This document shows, one piece after another, positions 41,701-57,342 of a DNA stretch of 64,000 nucleotides (the first letter of the stretch is position 1; each line of letters begins with the position of its first letter). Both the position numbers and the translations under genes were made by a program. The notes under the pieces are model-generated. The model made no database searches. It saw only the letters and a program-made list of their open reading frames with translations, and had not been told where the DNA came from. This stretch comes from Eledone cirrhosa (Eukaryota): positions 266,414,001 to 266,478,000 of the forward strand of contig OZ024743.1 of assembly GCA_964016885.1 (NCBI GenBank). Direction: 5' to 3'.

Positions 41701-43285
41701 ATAGATGAGAACATATGTTATAATGGTATCTGTAATAAAGAACGCGTAACCAGGGAATACTACACACGATAAAGAAAGATTTGGTCATTGGAAATCTCTG
41801 CGCAAAACAAAACAGTGGCTCACAAAGTTATTGCTGTGCCTGTCCTAACACAAACGTTTGTAATACTCAATTGGACGATAGATGAAATCCGAGCAGTTGA
41901 TGTTAGAACTCGAAAAATACTAAACAACACAGGAAACTTCCACATCAACAGTGACATAGACCGCCTTTACTTGAAACAACGTAAGCAGGGAGGCAGTGGC
42001 CTAACATCAGTCCAGACAGAATTTGAATGTCGCATCGTATCCCTCCGACTACATCTACGAACCTCGAAGCGTAGGAGCCCATTTCTCGAGCAAGTCTATC
42101 TCCATGAAACATAGAAAATCATGAGAGTTGGGAAGGAACTCCTCGAGAGATATTCCCTGTGTGATAATCAAAAAATCACACCCAGGGAAGTTGCTCAGCA
42201 GTATCGCAGTGAATTCATGGATGAAAAACTGCATGCTTATCATCAAAATACCATGCATAGATATGTTGCCAGGAAGCTCCAGAGTGAGAGAAATATAGAT
42301 AAGGACCGACAACCGCTATATTGGCTCCCACTTTGAAGGATAGCTTTTGCAATCCAAGAACAGGAAATTAACATGAAATACGTGATTCACAAAAGAGATA
42401 GGGATGCAGGCAAAACACCTAGATGTGATAACAAGTGCAGAATCTGCAGAATTAACATCGAAGATGTCACCCGTGTCATCGCGGTACTATCTACCTATGA
42501 GGCATGATGTAGGGGCCATAACACTGTACAATGCAATCCGTAGAAAAGATAGCCCCGAAAATAAACACATTAAAAGCTACAGCAATGTGGAAGACATCCA
42601 TATACATAATATGAAAGAGTACTGTTGGAATGTTCCAGTAAAAAGCCCAATAAAATGCAGGCATAACAGACTAGATATTATGATAAGGGACAGGGAGAAG
42701 AACATACATACATACAGACCAGATATTATGATATGGGACAGGGAGAAGAAAGCATGCACAGTAGTGGAAATTAGCTACCCAGCAGATGCCAATATAATAT
42801 CAAAGATTAGTGAAAAGGAGAATATTTATGCAGAATTGATAACAAAACTCCAGATTCTCCACCCTGATTACACCTTCAGATTTATGCCTGTGATTATTGG
42901 GGCACTGGGGTATGTTAGTAACTGCCTTAATACAAATCCTGAGAAGTTAGGCTTCACAGGAACAGAAAGAACACAACTAGTTAGGAAATTACAAGTACAA
43001 TCCATTAATGGAACAATAAAAATATGTAAAACATTCCAAAAATGTTGCATCTAATAACTGCATATACACATGTACAGTTGCAAAGCATATACACATGCAC
43101 ACATACAACTCAAAACATACACATCCACACATACAATAACATCCATATCTACACATGCATACATACATATCTACCTAGTTGATGTTGTGTAAATTCCAAT
43201 GAGAGAGTATTGTGTTTATGTTAGAAACCGACTCTCTCTCTATTGGTAAAACTTTGTGAAATTATAAAACCAGAAGAACATACAT
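38795..43285 (+). mobile_element. Near full-length decayed R4/Dong-type non-LTR retrotransposon (RT plus REL endonuclease)
   Basis: NYRPIAC, WLDYRKVFDSV, IFQGDSIS, FFVDDLKLY, RHD, RPDIMIWD...VVEISYP...EK..Y; multiple frameshifts; 5' boundary approximate. Confidence 0.9.
39520..39890 (-). mobile_element. Insertion within the R4 element, probable LINE 3' end
   Basis: Reverse strand ends CCCTTGTGGTTAATAAAG...; sits in an (AAT)n stretch between internal repeats 39442-39512 and 39910-39978. Confidence 0.35.
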
Positions 43286-43714
43286 ATATGTGTTTGTAAG
43301 ATCTCTCACTCAGGAAATTACGTAAACACTATTCCAGATATAATTCTAATGTTATTTTCAGACAGATTGTTCATGAAACAATGTCACCTACCAGAGTCTT
43401 TGAAATGTCGGTACAGGGGGAAGGCAAGAAATATAGAAAAGAAGGAAAGAAAGAAAGAAAAAGGAGAAAAAAGAATCATCGCCCCCAATACTTAATGAAA
43501 CTTTATCGACCCATTTTCTCAATTCACTCAGATTTAATGGAATATAGAGTTTACATGGGTGCAGGCAGAGTCGTGTAGTTAAGAAGATCGTTACATGTCG
43601 TGCAATTATTTTTGCAAAGCTTCAAGGTATTCAAAGATTTGTTAGTGAAATTCCGGGGACCGAAAATTTGTCGATAGAAAACAAATTCTCTTCTTGTATT
43701 ATTTGACCTTAGAA

Positions 43715-43870
43715 GGACGGCAGATTGGCAATATCGGTAGAACCCTTTAAGTTCTGAGTTCAAATCTCGCCGAGGTTAGATTTGCCTTTTATCCTTACAG
43801 GGTCGATAAAATAAAGCACCAGTAATCTCCCCATATTGCTGGCATTGTGCCTATAGTAGAAATCATTATT
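43715..43870 (+). mobile_element. SINE family A, deleted copy with TSD
   Basis: ATTATTTGACCTTAGA on both sides. Confidence 0.8.
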
Positions 43871-44799
43871 TGACCTTAGACATCTCGTACAAGTACAGTA
43901 ACGCTTTCGACCCAACATACCTTCAAGTATGTACTAACGACCAGCCATTCTTTATTATATATATTGTTATGAGTTATTCTTGTGGCCGAATGATTAAGAA
44001 AATTGCTTCGAAATAATTAGGTCCCATGTTCGATCTCACGGTGAGGTATTTTTGACAAATATCGTTTACTTTAGCCTTGAGTCAGTGAACTTTTAGTTTA
44101 AATAGCCAGTCTTGTTGCAGAAAATGTCGCGTTGAACCACCCTGGAAATTACGTTAAGGTTAGACGTGTGTGTAGAATTCTCAGCCACTTACACTTTAAC
44201 GTCATGTGCAGTGTGCTCTCTTGGTTAATCAAATGGAACACGCAACGTGGATACCACCGGATTTCTATTTCATCAGTTATTCAGTACTCTCGATATTAGG
44301 TGGCGGCATGTAAAGATATTTTGATCGAAGTTGTCCTTCGCTTCCAGTAAAGATTGAAATCAAGAGCCCTGGTTTTAAAGACCAGAGGCTTTGCCACTTA
44401 ACAGTTATGGCGGTAGGTTCATTTATGTAGATGTTACAATGTTATTTAGGCATCATTTTATTGTATTAATTATATATTATACATTACATTATTTCAGTCA
44501 ATTTTCTGTTTGACAAAGGATGCGAATTTTTAATCAAAAATTTTACAAAATATTCCCACAAAGTTACTGGAAATGTTTCAAAATATGTTTCAAATTTAAT
44601 TTCCGGTTTCATTTTGATATAATTATGATATTTCTTGTTATCGTTACTATTATTATTATCAATATTATTTTTATTATTATTAATGATATTATTGTTCTTT
44701 CTTGATTTTAATTAAAGCCGTTAATTAAAAAATAAAAGCCTGTCCTTTTGAACAAAATAAGTTTAAACCCGAAATCATATTAGCTAGTGACAGAGTTAA

Positions 44800-45425
44800 T
44801 TGAGACTGAGAGAGAGAAGGGAAAGAGAATCAGACAGCCAGACAGACAGATAGATTCAATGTGAAATAGAGAGCAAAAGTAAGAACAAAGGAAAAAAAAT
44901 ATTGAAAAAAAATAAAGAAAGAAAGATTGAAAGACAGAAAAGTAAAGACAGAAGGAAAGAAGGAAATACTGGATGAAATAAAGAATCAGAGAAGAAATGA
45001 ACGAAAAAAGAAGAAACTAAGTAAAAAGAAAGAGAACAACAAAACAAATAAACGAACAAACAAAAACAACCGAATGAAAGAAACAATAGAATGAAAGAAA
45101 AATGGCAGAAAGAAGAAAGAAAGAAAAATAACGATCGAATTAAAGGAAAGACAAAAAAATGAAGAAGGGACGACAAAACAACAAAGAATACAGATATATA
45201 GAGAGGAAAGAAGGAAGCGGAGAAAAAGAATGTAACAAATGGAGAGAGAAAGAGAGAGAGAGAGAGGGGGGGGGTCGAAAAGAAGATCGAACGGGTGGAA
45301 GAAAGAAAGAAACAGATGAAAAAAGAGGGAGAATGAAAGAGAGAGAAGGAAAGACGATGGGGAGAGAAAGAAAGTAGTTATGCTGAAAGAAAAATCCATC
45401 ATCAGTACGAAAAAAAAAACGAAAA
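44800..45425. repeat. Purine-rich (GA/GAAA) low-complexity tract
   Basis: Direct inspection. Confidence 0.85.
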
Positions 45426-46924
45426 ATAATAATATAGGTGAAATTTAGCAAAACTGTTATTTCAATTAAAGTTCAAAATTTATGTGAAATGACAACACAA
45501 CGGAAATAATAGTTGTTTGCGTTAAGAAATTTAAATATGGAGAAAGTGTATCAATAATACGATCCGGTTTCGATGCCAATTCCCTTTACTTACTTACACG
45601 TGAATACAGAAGGCTGAATAGTTAACAAGTTCTCTTTGCAATCACTGGTCTCGGGTTCACAGCTGATAAATAGTATGTATACTTCACTTTAAGACGGTGG
45701 ATTTCCAGAGTAGTTAGAATAATTTGCGATATTCATTCCTGCTCTAATCTCTGGGTTCAAATTCTGCCGTGGTGAACTTTGTCCTATACCCATTCTAGGT
45801 CGATAAAAAAGTATCAGTCTAGTACTGGGGTCTATTCTAGCTCTATATCTCTTTCTCACTTCAATTCTCCCACTCTCTATCATTCTCTGGGAGAAATCTG
45901 CTGTATTCAGACACTCAGCCAATTACATGTGAATTCATAGAGTAAGCCGTTCCGTTGACCGAAGAATTGGAAGTGTCATTGTCGAAATCAACGGAGATTC
46001 AATTATATTTCATGCACCACAAAGATTAGCTTAATAGCCAGAATATTTCTCACTTCTGTTTCCAATGCTCATAGAAACTAATGATACAAAAATAATTTAT
46101 CATTTTTACATTGATTGTAGAAAGCAAGGGGCTGCGTGTATACGAAACTGGACAACCAGGCGAAAGAACTACTCAATTAAACGAACTAGTTCGTGAACTC
46201 TTATATGAATCCACGATGTTTAGTTGATGTTGCAACTCAGATTTCTGCAGGTTCCACCGACATCTTATAGCTTTGGAGTGTGTTTGTTATACCGGTCATA
46301 ACTTTCCACCATTGCCGATAATAGAATGCAGGATTTGAAATTAAGACGGTCTAATTTGAACTCAGCAGGCAGAGAGACGAATCAAATAGCACAATACATA
46401 TAATCCGCCTTATTTCTTCAATTTCGTGAACTACTAATCTCGTCCGTGGGAAGGTTACGGTTGAAATACCCTTGGTTGTATATCTAATCGATCAGCGCAT
46501 AACTGGAGCTAAACAAAACAACAGCTAATCAATATGCTGTACATGGATCTGGAATAAATACTATATCAAATTCTATATATACAAATGAATTTCATTGTTT
46601 AGTCTCTGGTAGATCTCACAGCGCATGATACAATTCGGGTCAACGGCACAGTCTCTACGAAATTGCTTGACATAATAAAAGTAGCTGCCAAATTTCTTCG
46701 AAAGTTAGAACGCATTCAATAAAGTGTTGGTGGCGTCAATGTGACTAAGAAAATGTCGAGATAGTCACAAAGGACATGGCATTGATCAAAGGTGTTTTTG
46801 AACATAACTGATCTCTTGTTATTCTATCACATCAGTCATCAAATATTACGACTTATGTCCATTACATGAGTAATCTAATATATTGCAGGTATATATGTAA
46901 TAGTTTGCATCATTTATCTGATTA

Positions 46925-47028
<104 letters not shown>

Positions 47029-47036
47029 TGTCTCTC

Positions 47037-47093
<57 letters not shown>

Positions 47094-47382
47094 TATATAT
47101 AGGCTGGGAGAGGAAATGTATATATGTATGTATATATATATATATGTATGTATGTATATATATATAATGGGTGTGCGTTTGTCCGTCTGTCTGTCTGTCT
47201 GTCTGTTGGTCTCTCTCTACATCTCTTCTGTCACACTCTTGTGACTTTACTAACACATTTTTCTTTCATGTGCTTCATAGATGTTCTACCATTGTGTCGA
47301 GAGAACGGAAGAGTAACTAAGAAATTGAAATGGGAAGAACGAGGGAGACAGAGGGTGAGGGAGAGAGAGAAAAAATATATAT

Positions 47383-47451
<69 letters not shown>

Positions 47452-48157
47452 AAAAGAGGAAGAGTGAGTAAAGTAGAAATGAGAGTTTTATTTGATATTT
47501 GAATCGGAAATATATTTTCTTTGTTGATAAGACAATATCAATATTTCTTTCTTATCACGTAAGTAATACACCGACACACGTTTATACGATATTGGTCACT
47601 AATTTCCTAACAACGTATGTTTAAAAGGATTCCTATTATTCAGCATTAGGAAATTCACCCCTCAATTCCACTTCAATCCATCCATTGCCCAGGCTTCTAA
47701 CATCGTAGTGTGTTCCTTGATTCCTTATTTAGCATACATCCTGCATAGGAAAGACCTTTACTATATATGCGAATGAACGTCAAATTTGACGGTGGACACT
47801 ACAATGTATCTAATAATGTCCTAAGAAAGTTGATATGGGTGCAGGTATAGCTGTGTATTTAAGGTATTTTAAAAGAAAACAATTATTCAACCATATTCTA
47901 TTCTGGCCAAATGTCAACCAAAATCTTTCGTCGACGTAAAGGGCAGATGCACATTAATGGAACAATTCTTGTTTTTGAATAGGACACTTAATAGTTTAAC
48001 CACAATACATTAAAAGAGTGAAAAGTGTCGAGACCATATCTTCTGAGTGATGAAAGCGAACAACCCTCTGAACGACTACTGGTTTATCGGGCACTGACCC
48101 CTTCCTCTCACCAAGATATTGCTGTGGTAACTTTGGTCGGTGTGGCTGTAAGTATGG

Positions 48158-48216
<59 letters not shown>

Positions 48217-48471
48217 AACAAAGAGTATATGTAAAAGATTATATGTAAAAAGTAAAATTGGAGAAGCACTATATATTGGAGTATATCTAATGATTCATTT
48301 TTCTCGCTAATCCGACAGAATAAATATTTCTTAATACATTACATTAAACGAATTTAAGTTCTTTCAAATATTTCCTGTGCCGATTGATAATGAATAATTT
48401 ATATTGAACTTATCCGTTCTCGTAGTTTACAAGTTAACAGATGAGTATTTTCTCTCATAGTTTCTTATATA

Positions 48472-48578
48472 CAGCGTGTCCCACAAAAAATGCATTCATA
48501 CTTCACTTCAACAGCATTCCAATAAATATTGCCTGTACAGGTATTCAAAGTATGTATATGTTATTTTGGGGCACCTTG
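48472..48578. mobile_element. Tc1/mariner-type MITE
   Basis: TA|CAGCGTGTCCCACAAA...TTTTGGGGCACCTTG|TA. Confidence 0.6.
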
Positions 48579-48805
48579 TATATGTTTTATGGAGATGACG
48601 TAGTGAATGTGGGTTCAACATATCAGGATTCAATTGAGTTATTTGAAGCCGTACTGATTCGAATACAAAAGTTTTTCTATCAAAATCGAGGGCGTATTTT
48701 GATGTGAAGTTTGTGTGTGTGTGTGTGCATGTGTGTGTGGATGCATGTATATATGTATGTGTGTGTCTGTTGAGAGAGAAAAAGAGAGATAAACAGTTGT
48801 ATAAG

Positions 48806-48851
<46 letters not shown>

Positions 48852-48862
48852 GCCGTGTTGTA

Positions 48863-48904
<42 letters not shown>

Positions 48905-49109
48905 GGAGAGATTTCATTACATCGACATTTCTATATTATCTTAGAGCTGAAGATAAAAGACAAGTATAAATGAGTGCAAAATGAGAAATAAAAATAGAAA
49001 TATAAAATTAATTGAAAGGGATCCTTGAGGAGTGTTGGGTTTACAATTATGAAAAATGATGTTTCTGGAAATTCTGTTGAATGTTTTGTAAGAAAGATAA
49101 ATAAATAAA

Positions 49110-49292
49110 TAATTGTTTCTACTTTTGGCACAAGACCAGCAATTACCCAGTGCATTACTGGTTCTTTATTTTATCGACCCCGAAAGGATGAAAGGAAAAG
49201 TTAACCTCGGCGGGCTTGAACTCAGATTGGCAAGGGTTGCAACTCTATGCGTCAAAGCATGGCGTCCGACCCTCTACCGATACTGCCAATAC
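49110..49292 (-). mobile_element. SINE family A
   Basis: Reverse complement family match. Confidence 0.85.
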
Positions 49293-49433
49293 ATAAATAA
49301 TAAAATTTTAAAGAAAACATTTGGTGAAAATTTACAATTTTCAGTCAGAACAAAGTGTTATAAAAAATGTATATGTCTTATACAAATATTTAGTTCTCTT
49401 TCTGTCTCTCAACATACATGCACACACAAACAC

Positions 49434-49487
<54 letters not shown>

Positions 49488-49489
<2 letters not shown>

Positions 49490-50016
49490 TTTCTGAATTT
49501 GTTTAGCAAGATTCTTTATCTGAAATCGTGTGTTGAAACCGATATTGTTATACTTTGGGAGGGTCATGTTGCCATAGAAAATATAAATAGAAAATATGAG
49601 TGGAACAGCAACATCACAACTTACAATTAAGGACAAAATGAAAACACACACACACATAGAACAAACAACCAACCGGTAACATGTAAATAAACAAATAAAT
49701 AAACAAATATAAACACACACAGACACCCGGATGTGGCGCATGCGCAGACTGAGCACACAACACACACACAGAAACAAAATGGCGTAGGACAGAACAAAGG
49801 AGAGGCACAAAAACAAAGAAAAGAATCCCCAGTCACTGAAGAGGTCACAGAATGTGTGACGAAAGAACTTTGACAATATATAAATAACTATCTGGTTGTG
49901 GAACCAACCAACCAACCAACCAGAAATTTATAAATTCTTAAATGTATTATAATAAATTGAAGTGAAAGCAACTGGTGCGTGTGTTTCTTATTAGCAACAT
50001 GACCCTCCCAAAGTAT

Positions 50017-50022
<6 letters not shown>
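49488..50022 (+). mobile_element. (TA)n-flanked element with hammerhead-like motif and short inverted end copy
   Basis: GTCA-CTGAAGA-GGTCAC..GTGAC-GAAA-GAAC-TT-TGAC at 49832-49874; 49544-49572 inverted against 49994-50022; same 3' end at 4916-4943. Confidence 0.65.
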
Positions 50023-50101
<79 letters not shown>

Positions 50102-50198
50102 TGTGTGTGTATGTGTGTGTCTCATACAACTGTTTATCTCTCTTTTTCTCGCTCAACACACACACACATACATATATACATGCATCCACACAGACACA

Positions 50199-50236
<38 letters not shown>

Positions 50237-50314
50237 AATATATGTGTGTGTGTATATGTGTGTCTTAGACATCTATTTACCTCTTTTCTCTATCTCAACG
50301 CATATATATATATA

Positions 50315-50348
<34 letters not shown>

Positions 50349-50350
<2 letters not shown>

Positions 50351-50410
50351 CGAAGGAAATGTGGTAAGGAACCAGATGGACCATAACGCACCAAAGTACT
50401 CAATACTTAG

Positions 50411-50468
<58 letters not shown>

Positions 50469-50656
50469 AAAAAGTATGACCCCGACGGCAGAGCTCAAGC
50501 CGTATCAACGGCTATTTCTGGAGTCCAGAAATAGCCGTTGATACGGCTTGAGCTCTGCCGTCGGGGTCATACTTTTTCCTATTTCCCACTCTACTACCCT
50601 AAGTATCGTGTACTCTGGTGTGTTATGGTCCATCTGGTTCCTTACCACAATTCCTT

Positions 50657-50661
<5 letters not shown>
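50349..50661. repeat. Family H fold-back copy
   Basis: Perfect ~115-bp palindrome at 50465-50581 plus outer arms. Confidence 0.85.
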
Positions 50662-50722
<61 letters not shown>

Positions 50723-50727
<5 letters not shown>

Positions 50728-51754
50728 TAATATATATCTGAGGGTACAATGTACCCCGGGAAATATATAGTGTGTCTATGATTTAAGGTGGTTCTATGGT
50801 AATAATTTGATATACCAGAACTTAATATCAAGATAAGCAGAACAAGTAAAATTCAACCAATTTTTCAAAATAAATCAAAATTAATTACAATTAAAATTAA
50901 TCAAAATTAAAAAATATAATATAAATATTTACCTATTCAAATGGCCCTAACTGTACAGTTTCACGGTGCAAAACATTAGATATCACGAGGATATTAATGG
51001 AAAAGCAACGATCATCAGAGAAGCATTTTCTTGTCCTAGGGTTAAAAACCCCAAGAACGACAAAATATATGACCTCACTCCAACTAATACAGGTCTGAAA
51101 GGTCGTGAAAATGACCCGTAAATACATTGGTGTATAGTGAAGGCGGGAAATCGTAGACTAGCCGTCTATGATCGCTACTAAAAAAGATTTTTAGCAACTA
51201 AATAGAACGACAAGATTTTTCTCTACATACTGGAGAATGTTGAATAAGGTTAATATATATCTGAAGGTACAATGTACCCCGGGAAATATATAGTGTGTCT
51301 ATGATTTAAGGTGGTTCTATGGTAATAATTTGATATACCAGAACTTAATATCAAGATAAGCAGAACAAGTAAAATTCAACCAATTTTTCAAAATAAATCA
51401 AAATTAATATACAATTAAAATTAATCAAAATTAAAAAATATAATATAAATATTTACCTATTCAAATGGCCCTAACTGTACAGTTTCACGGTGCAAAACAT
51501 TAGATATCACGAGGATATTAATGGAAAAGCAACGATCATCAGAGAAGCATTTTCCTGTCCTAGGGATAAAAACCCCAGGAACGACAAAATATATGACCTC
51601 ACTCCAACTAATACAGGTCTGAAAGGTCGTGAAAATGACCAATTTGAATAGGTAAATATTTATATTATATTTTTTAATTTTGATTAATTTTAATTGTATA
51701 TTAATTTTGATTTATTTTGAAAAATTGGTTGAATTTTACTTGTTCTGCTTATCT

Positions 51755-51760
<6 letters not shown>
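50723..51760 (-). mobile_element. Tandem ~523-bp hammerhead-bearing units with terminal fold-back
   Basis: 50723-51245 is repeated from 51246 to 51640; 51642-51758 is the reverse complement of ~51347-51464; minus-strand HHR at 50945-51023 and 51469-51547. Confidence 0.8.
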
Positions 51761-51788
<28 letters not shown>

Positions 51789-51792
<4 letters not shown>

Positions 51793-52022
51793 GTGGTTAC
51801 ACAAGAGTTAGTTCACCATACCGAGAACAATTGTTTCACCTTAGCGGACGGATCCTCAGCTCGTAATGGACATGGTTATACCATTACGAGCTGAGGATCC
51901 GCTAACGTGAAACAATTGTTCTCGGTATGGTGAACTAACTGTTGTGTAACCACCACTTCTACCTAACACGTTCCAAGGACTGAGTGGTCTACCACTACGG
52001 ATACTACCTTCCAGTGTTCTAC

Positions 52023-52025
<3 letters not shown>
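51789..52025 (+). mobile_element. Fold-back mini-element with hammerhead
   Basis: Arms 51789-51869/51881-51960; CGAG-CTGAGGA...GAAA-CAATTG-TT-CTCG at 51887-51924. Confidence 0.75.
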
Positions 52026-52082
<57 letters not shown>

Positions 52083-52119
52083 GTGTGTGTGTGTGTGTTT
52101 GTTTGTGTGTGTATGTGGT

Positions 52120-53519
<1,400 letters not shown>

Positions 53520-53567
53520 TGTATATATATGTATGTGTATATATATATATATATATACATGTATATA

Positions 53568-53726
<159 letters not shown>

Positions 53727-56375
53727 GTGTGTCTGTGTGTATATGTATGTGTGTGCTTGTTATTTCTTCTAATTCTTTTTTGTCCTAATTCTTGTTTTCT
53801 TTTTTTTTTATTCTCGGTCCGTTGTCGATGTTGTTGGTGTTTTCATTGTGGTCGTAGTTGTTGCTGTTGTTGTTCTTGTTGTTTTTCTATGGTTCTCAAT
53901 CAGACATTCGATGATCACAATGTGATTTGCTTGAAGAATGGTTTCCGTTTGAAGACAAATTATAACAACAGATTTTTTAAATATTGCACTGGTGGAGGGC
54001 GGGGTGGTAATTGATGTTGTTAATTCTCCATGAAAAAATGAAACAATACTTACACACATCCACGTACACACATGTGGCATGCACATACATACTCACACAC
54101 ATAGCATGGAATCAAACGCACCATAGAAACATAAGGCATGCCTACAGACATTCTACTCACACATCATCCAGACACAGATGCACACACACTACAGGCACAA
54201 TACACCCACATACATATGGTATGCACAGCCATTATATCAATATCAATCATACTACAAACATCACGTACACACTCAACAGAAACACATTAGTCGCGCATGA
54301 GACACATAACACATGTATCACTGAGGAAAAATACAATACGCACAAAAGAGACACACACACCGACTATACAAACACACTCTAGGCCGACAAATGGAAACAT
54401 GCACACAGACACACAGCAGACGCACGCACACAAGCGATATCCAGTTACGCACACCTATCATAGACAGCCTACTCACATCTCCCGCTACATATCCATAGTA
54501 AACACAGATGCACACATAAACCAGGCATACGCAATAGCCATAACATACACTACACAGAATACACACATACGAAACATATATACAACATAATATGAATACA
54601 AGCCTAAAAGGCGTCATATTGCTAGATTTGTTAGAGTGGGAAGTAAAATGCCTTGCGTTATTTCTTCTGGCTCTCTATGCTTCAAACCCTGCAGAGGTCA
54701 AACTTTCTTTTTTATTGTTCAATTTCTAAGAAATAAAGTTTGGTTAGAGAGTATATTTAGAACGTGAGACAACATAACTTCCGACGACTTTGTGACAAAA
54801 TACTTCACATGATTTAACCCCACAATATCTCCTTGATGGGACTTTAGAGGGGTCTCTCCGTTTCAAGCATAGCGTCAGGTCGCTGGTTTAAAGATAACAT
54901 CCTGCCTTTCTTTCATCTCTCTCGGTGACCTACAAAAATAAGTGTTAATTTGCATTGCTTTTTCTTCCACAGGGTACGAATAGACAAAGCCTTGGTATAG
55001 GTTTCACCCCTCAAATTACGCTGAATTCAACTTTACATATCATTCAGTTCTGGTGTGGTTTCTTGTTCTGTCTATATCTCCGGAAGGGATCCGTTGCTTC
55101 TGACCTGGTGAGGGCTGGTATCCGTCAGATTTAACATGCCTGAGAATGACTGCGTGTTGCTACGGGATACCAAGATTCCACTAAGATTTAAGGCCCTTTA
55201 CCTTACTTTCCGTTTTCTCCGGTAAATGAAAAGCACTGACTCACGCAATACTACAGACACCAAACACACAGAATGAGCTAACGACATTTGACCTGTATGA
55301 TATTGTCAATATGGCCTGTCCTTGGGCAAAACAACACATATAATGTGCCCAACATATATACACCACATGTACACAGCTCATACAACAGAACTGGCAACAT
55401 TCACAACACAAGGACACACAATGAAACAGATATAGATACCACACACAAGTAGACATACAAAACACAACACAACGCAAGACATGAAACACTACAGACAAGA
55501 TCACAATAAACACAGCACACATAAACACATGAAACTGATGGCTAAAACACACAATACACACCACAGACACACACGCACAAACACATTCTCTCTCTCCCTC
55601 TCATATATATATATATATATACATACACAGAGCAAAACACAGCACATCACACACAAAAATCACCTATTTCTCTATTCTATATGGAACTTTCTGCTAAACA
55701 ATAAGACGAAATGCTTGCCCTAAATATTCATATATTCTAATAATTTCAATTGGTTATATTAATTCAGGCAAAAGAAAAATAAAAGAAGACAAAGTAGAAG
55801 ATGAAGACGAAGTTATATAAGATAAAGAGGAAAATTAAAATGGAGCAAAAGCGAAAGAAGCAAGAAGTGCAGATATTTTGTATGTCTGTTATAAACTCAA
55901 TTAGAAACTTATTTTGTCATTAATCACAACATTTTATCTTTGGCAATCGATTGAAAATGATGACAAAGAAACAATTGAATATTCATCATACACACACATA
56001 TATATATAAATATGTGTGTGACTGTGTGCGTGCGCGCGGCCATTTATATATATGTGTGTGTGTGTGTTTGTATGTGTGTGTGTATGTGTGTGTGTGTTTG
56101 TGTATGTGTGTGTATGTGTGTTTGTGTGTGAGTTCCATTTGAATATGCCTGAGTGTGTATATAAATAAAACCTCTCATATTTGTTTATGCTTGTGAGAAT
56201 CAGCTGTGTGTGCGTGTAGAAAGAAGGAGAGAGGGGGGGGGGGAGAAAGGAAGAGTAAGATATGAACACAAAAAGAGGAAGGAAAGGAAAAAGGAAAAAT
56301 TCACAGGAAAATGGACAGACATGTAGATAGACTTAGAGATAGGTAGACATAAAGACACAAAGACACACACACAAA

Positions 56376-56414
<39 letters not shown>

Positions 56415-56960
56415 TTATATATATGGTGACTGCCAACTCGTTTTCGAGTACGGCCACTACTTTATATCCATGTAGGAGAACCCCTACCGATGCGCTAAAC
56501 GAGTGTGACTTTTTAGTCCAACAAGCGACTTGAAAACTCTGGTACAAACACTACACTTGTTACAATTATTGACACATAGTGCTGGGCCCATGGTACCATG
56601 TGACGACAAGTACAGAGAGATCTCCAGGTACAAAGCAATGCCTGTGCCGTGAAGCTTTTATAGTGAGCAAAGGCACTGCGCAAAGCCAGTCCCACTCTCT
56701 TAACAAAGATTATATTTACCTAAAAGAAGAACAAGTCAACATCATTGAATACCATCAGGGTTGCAGGTGTTATATCAGAGTTTTCCTTCTCCTAGAGCTC
56801 ATTTGCCCTATGACAGGTTTTGTTTTTAGTCCTGCAGGATGTCCAAAGTCACCCTCCTCACCAAGAAACCTTGGTGGGTTGCTAGTTTAGTCCCCAACGA
56901 CACGACCATGAGACAGGTTGTACTGGGATACATGTTATCAGTAGCACCAACTGGTCACCT

Positions 56961-57342
<382 letters not shown>

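Noticed and set aside
54030-55660. His/Thr-rich ORFs
   Set aside because: Decayed CA-rich low-complexity sequence
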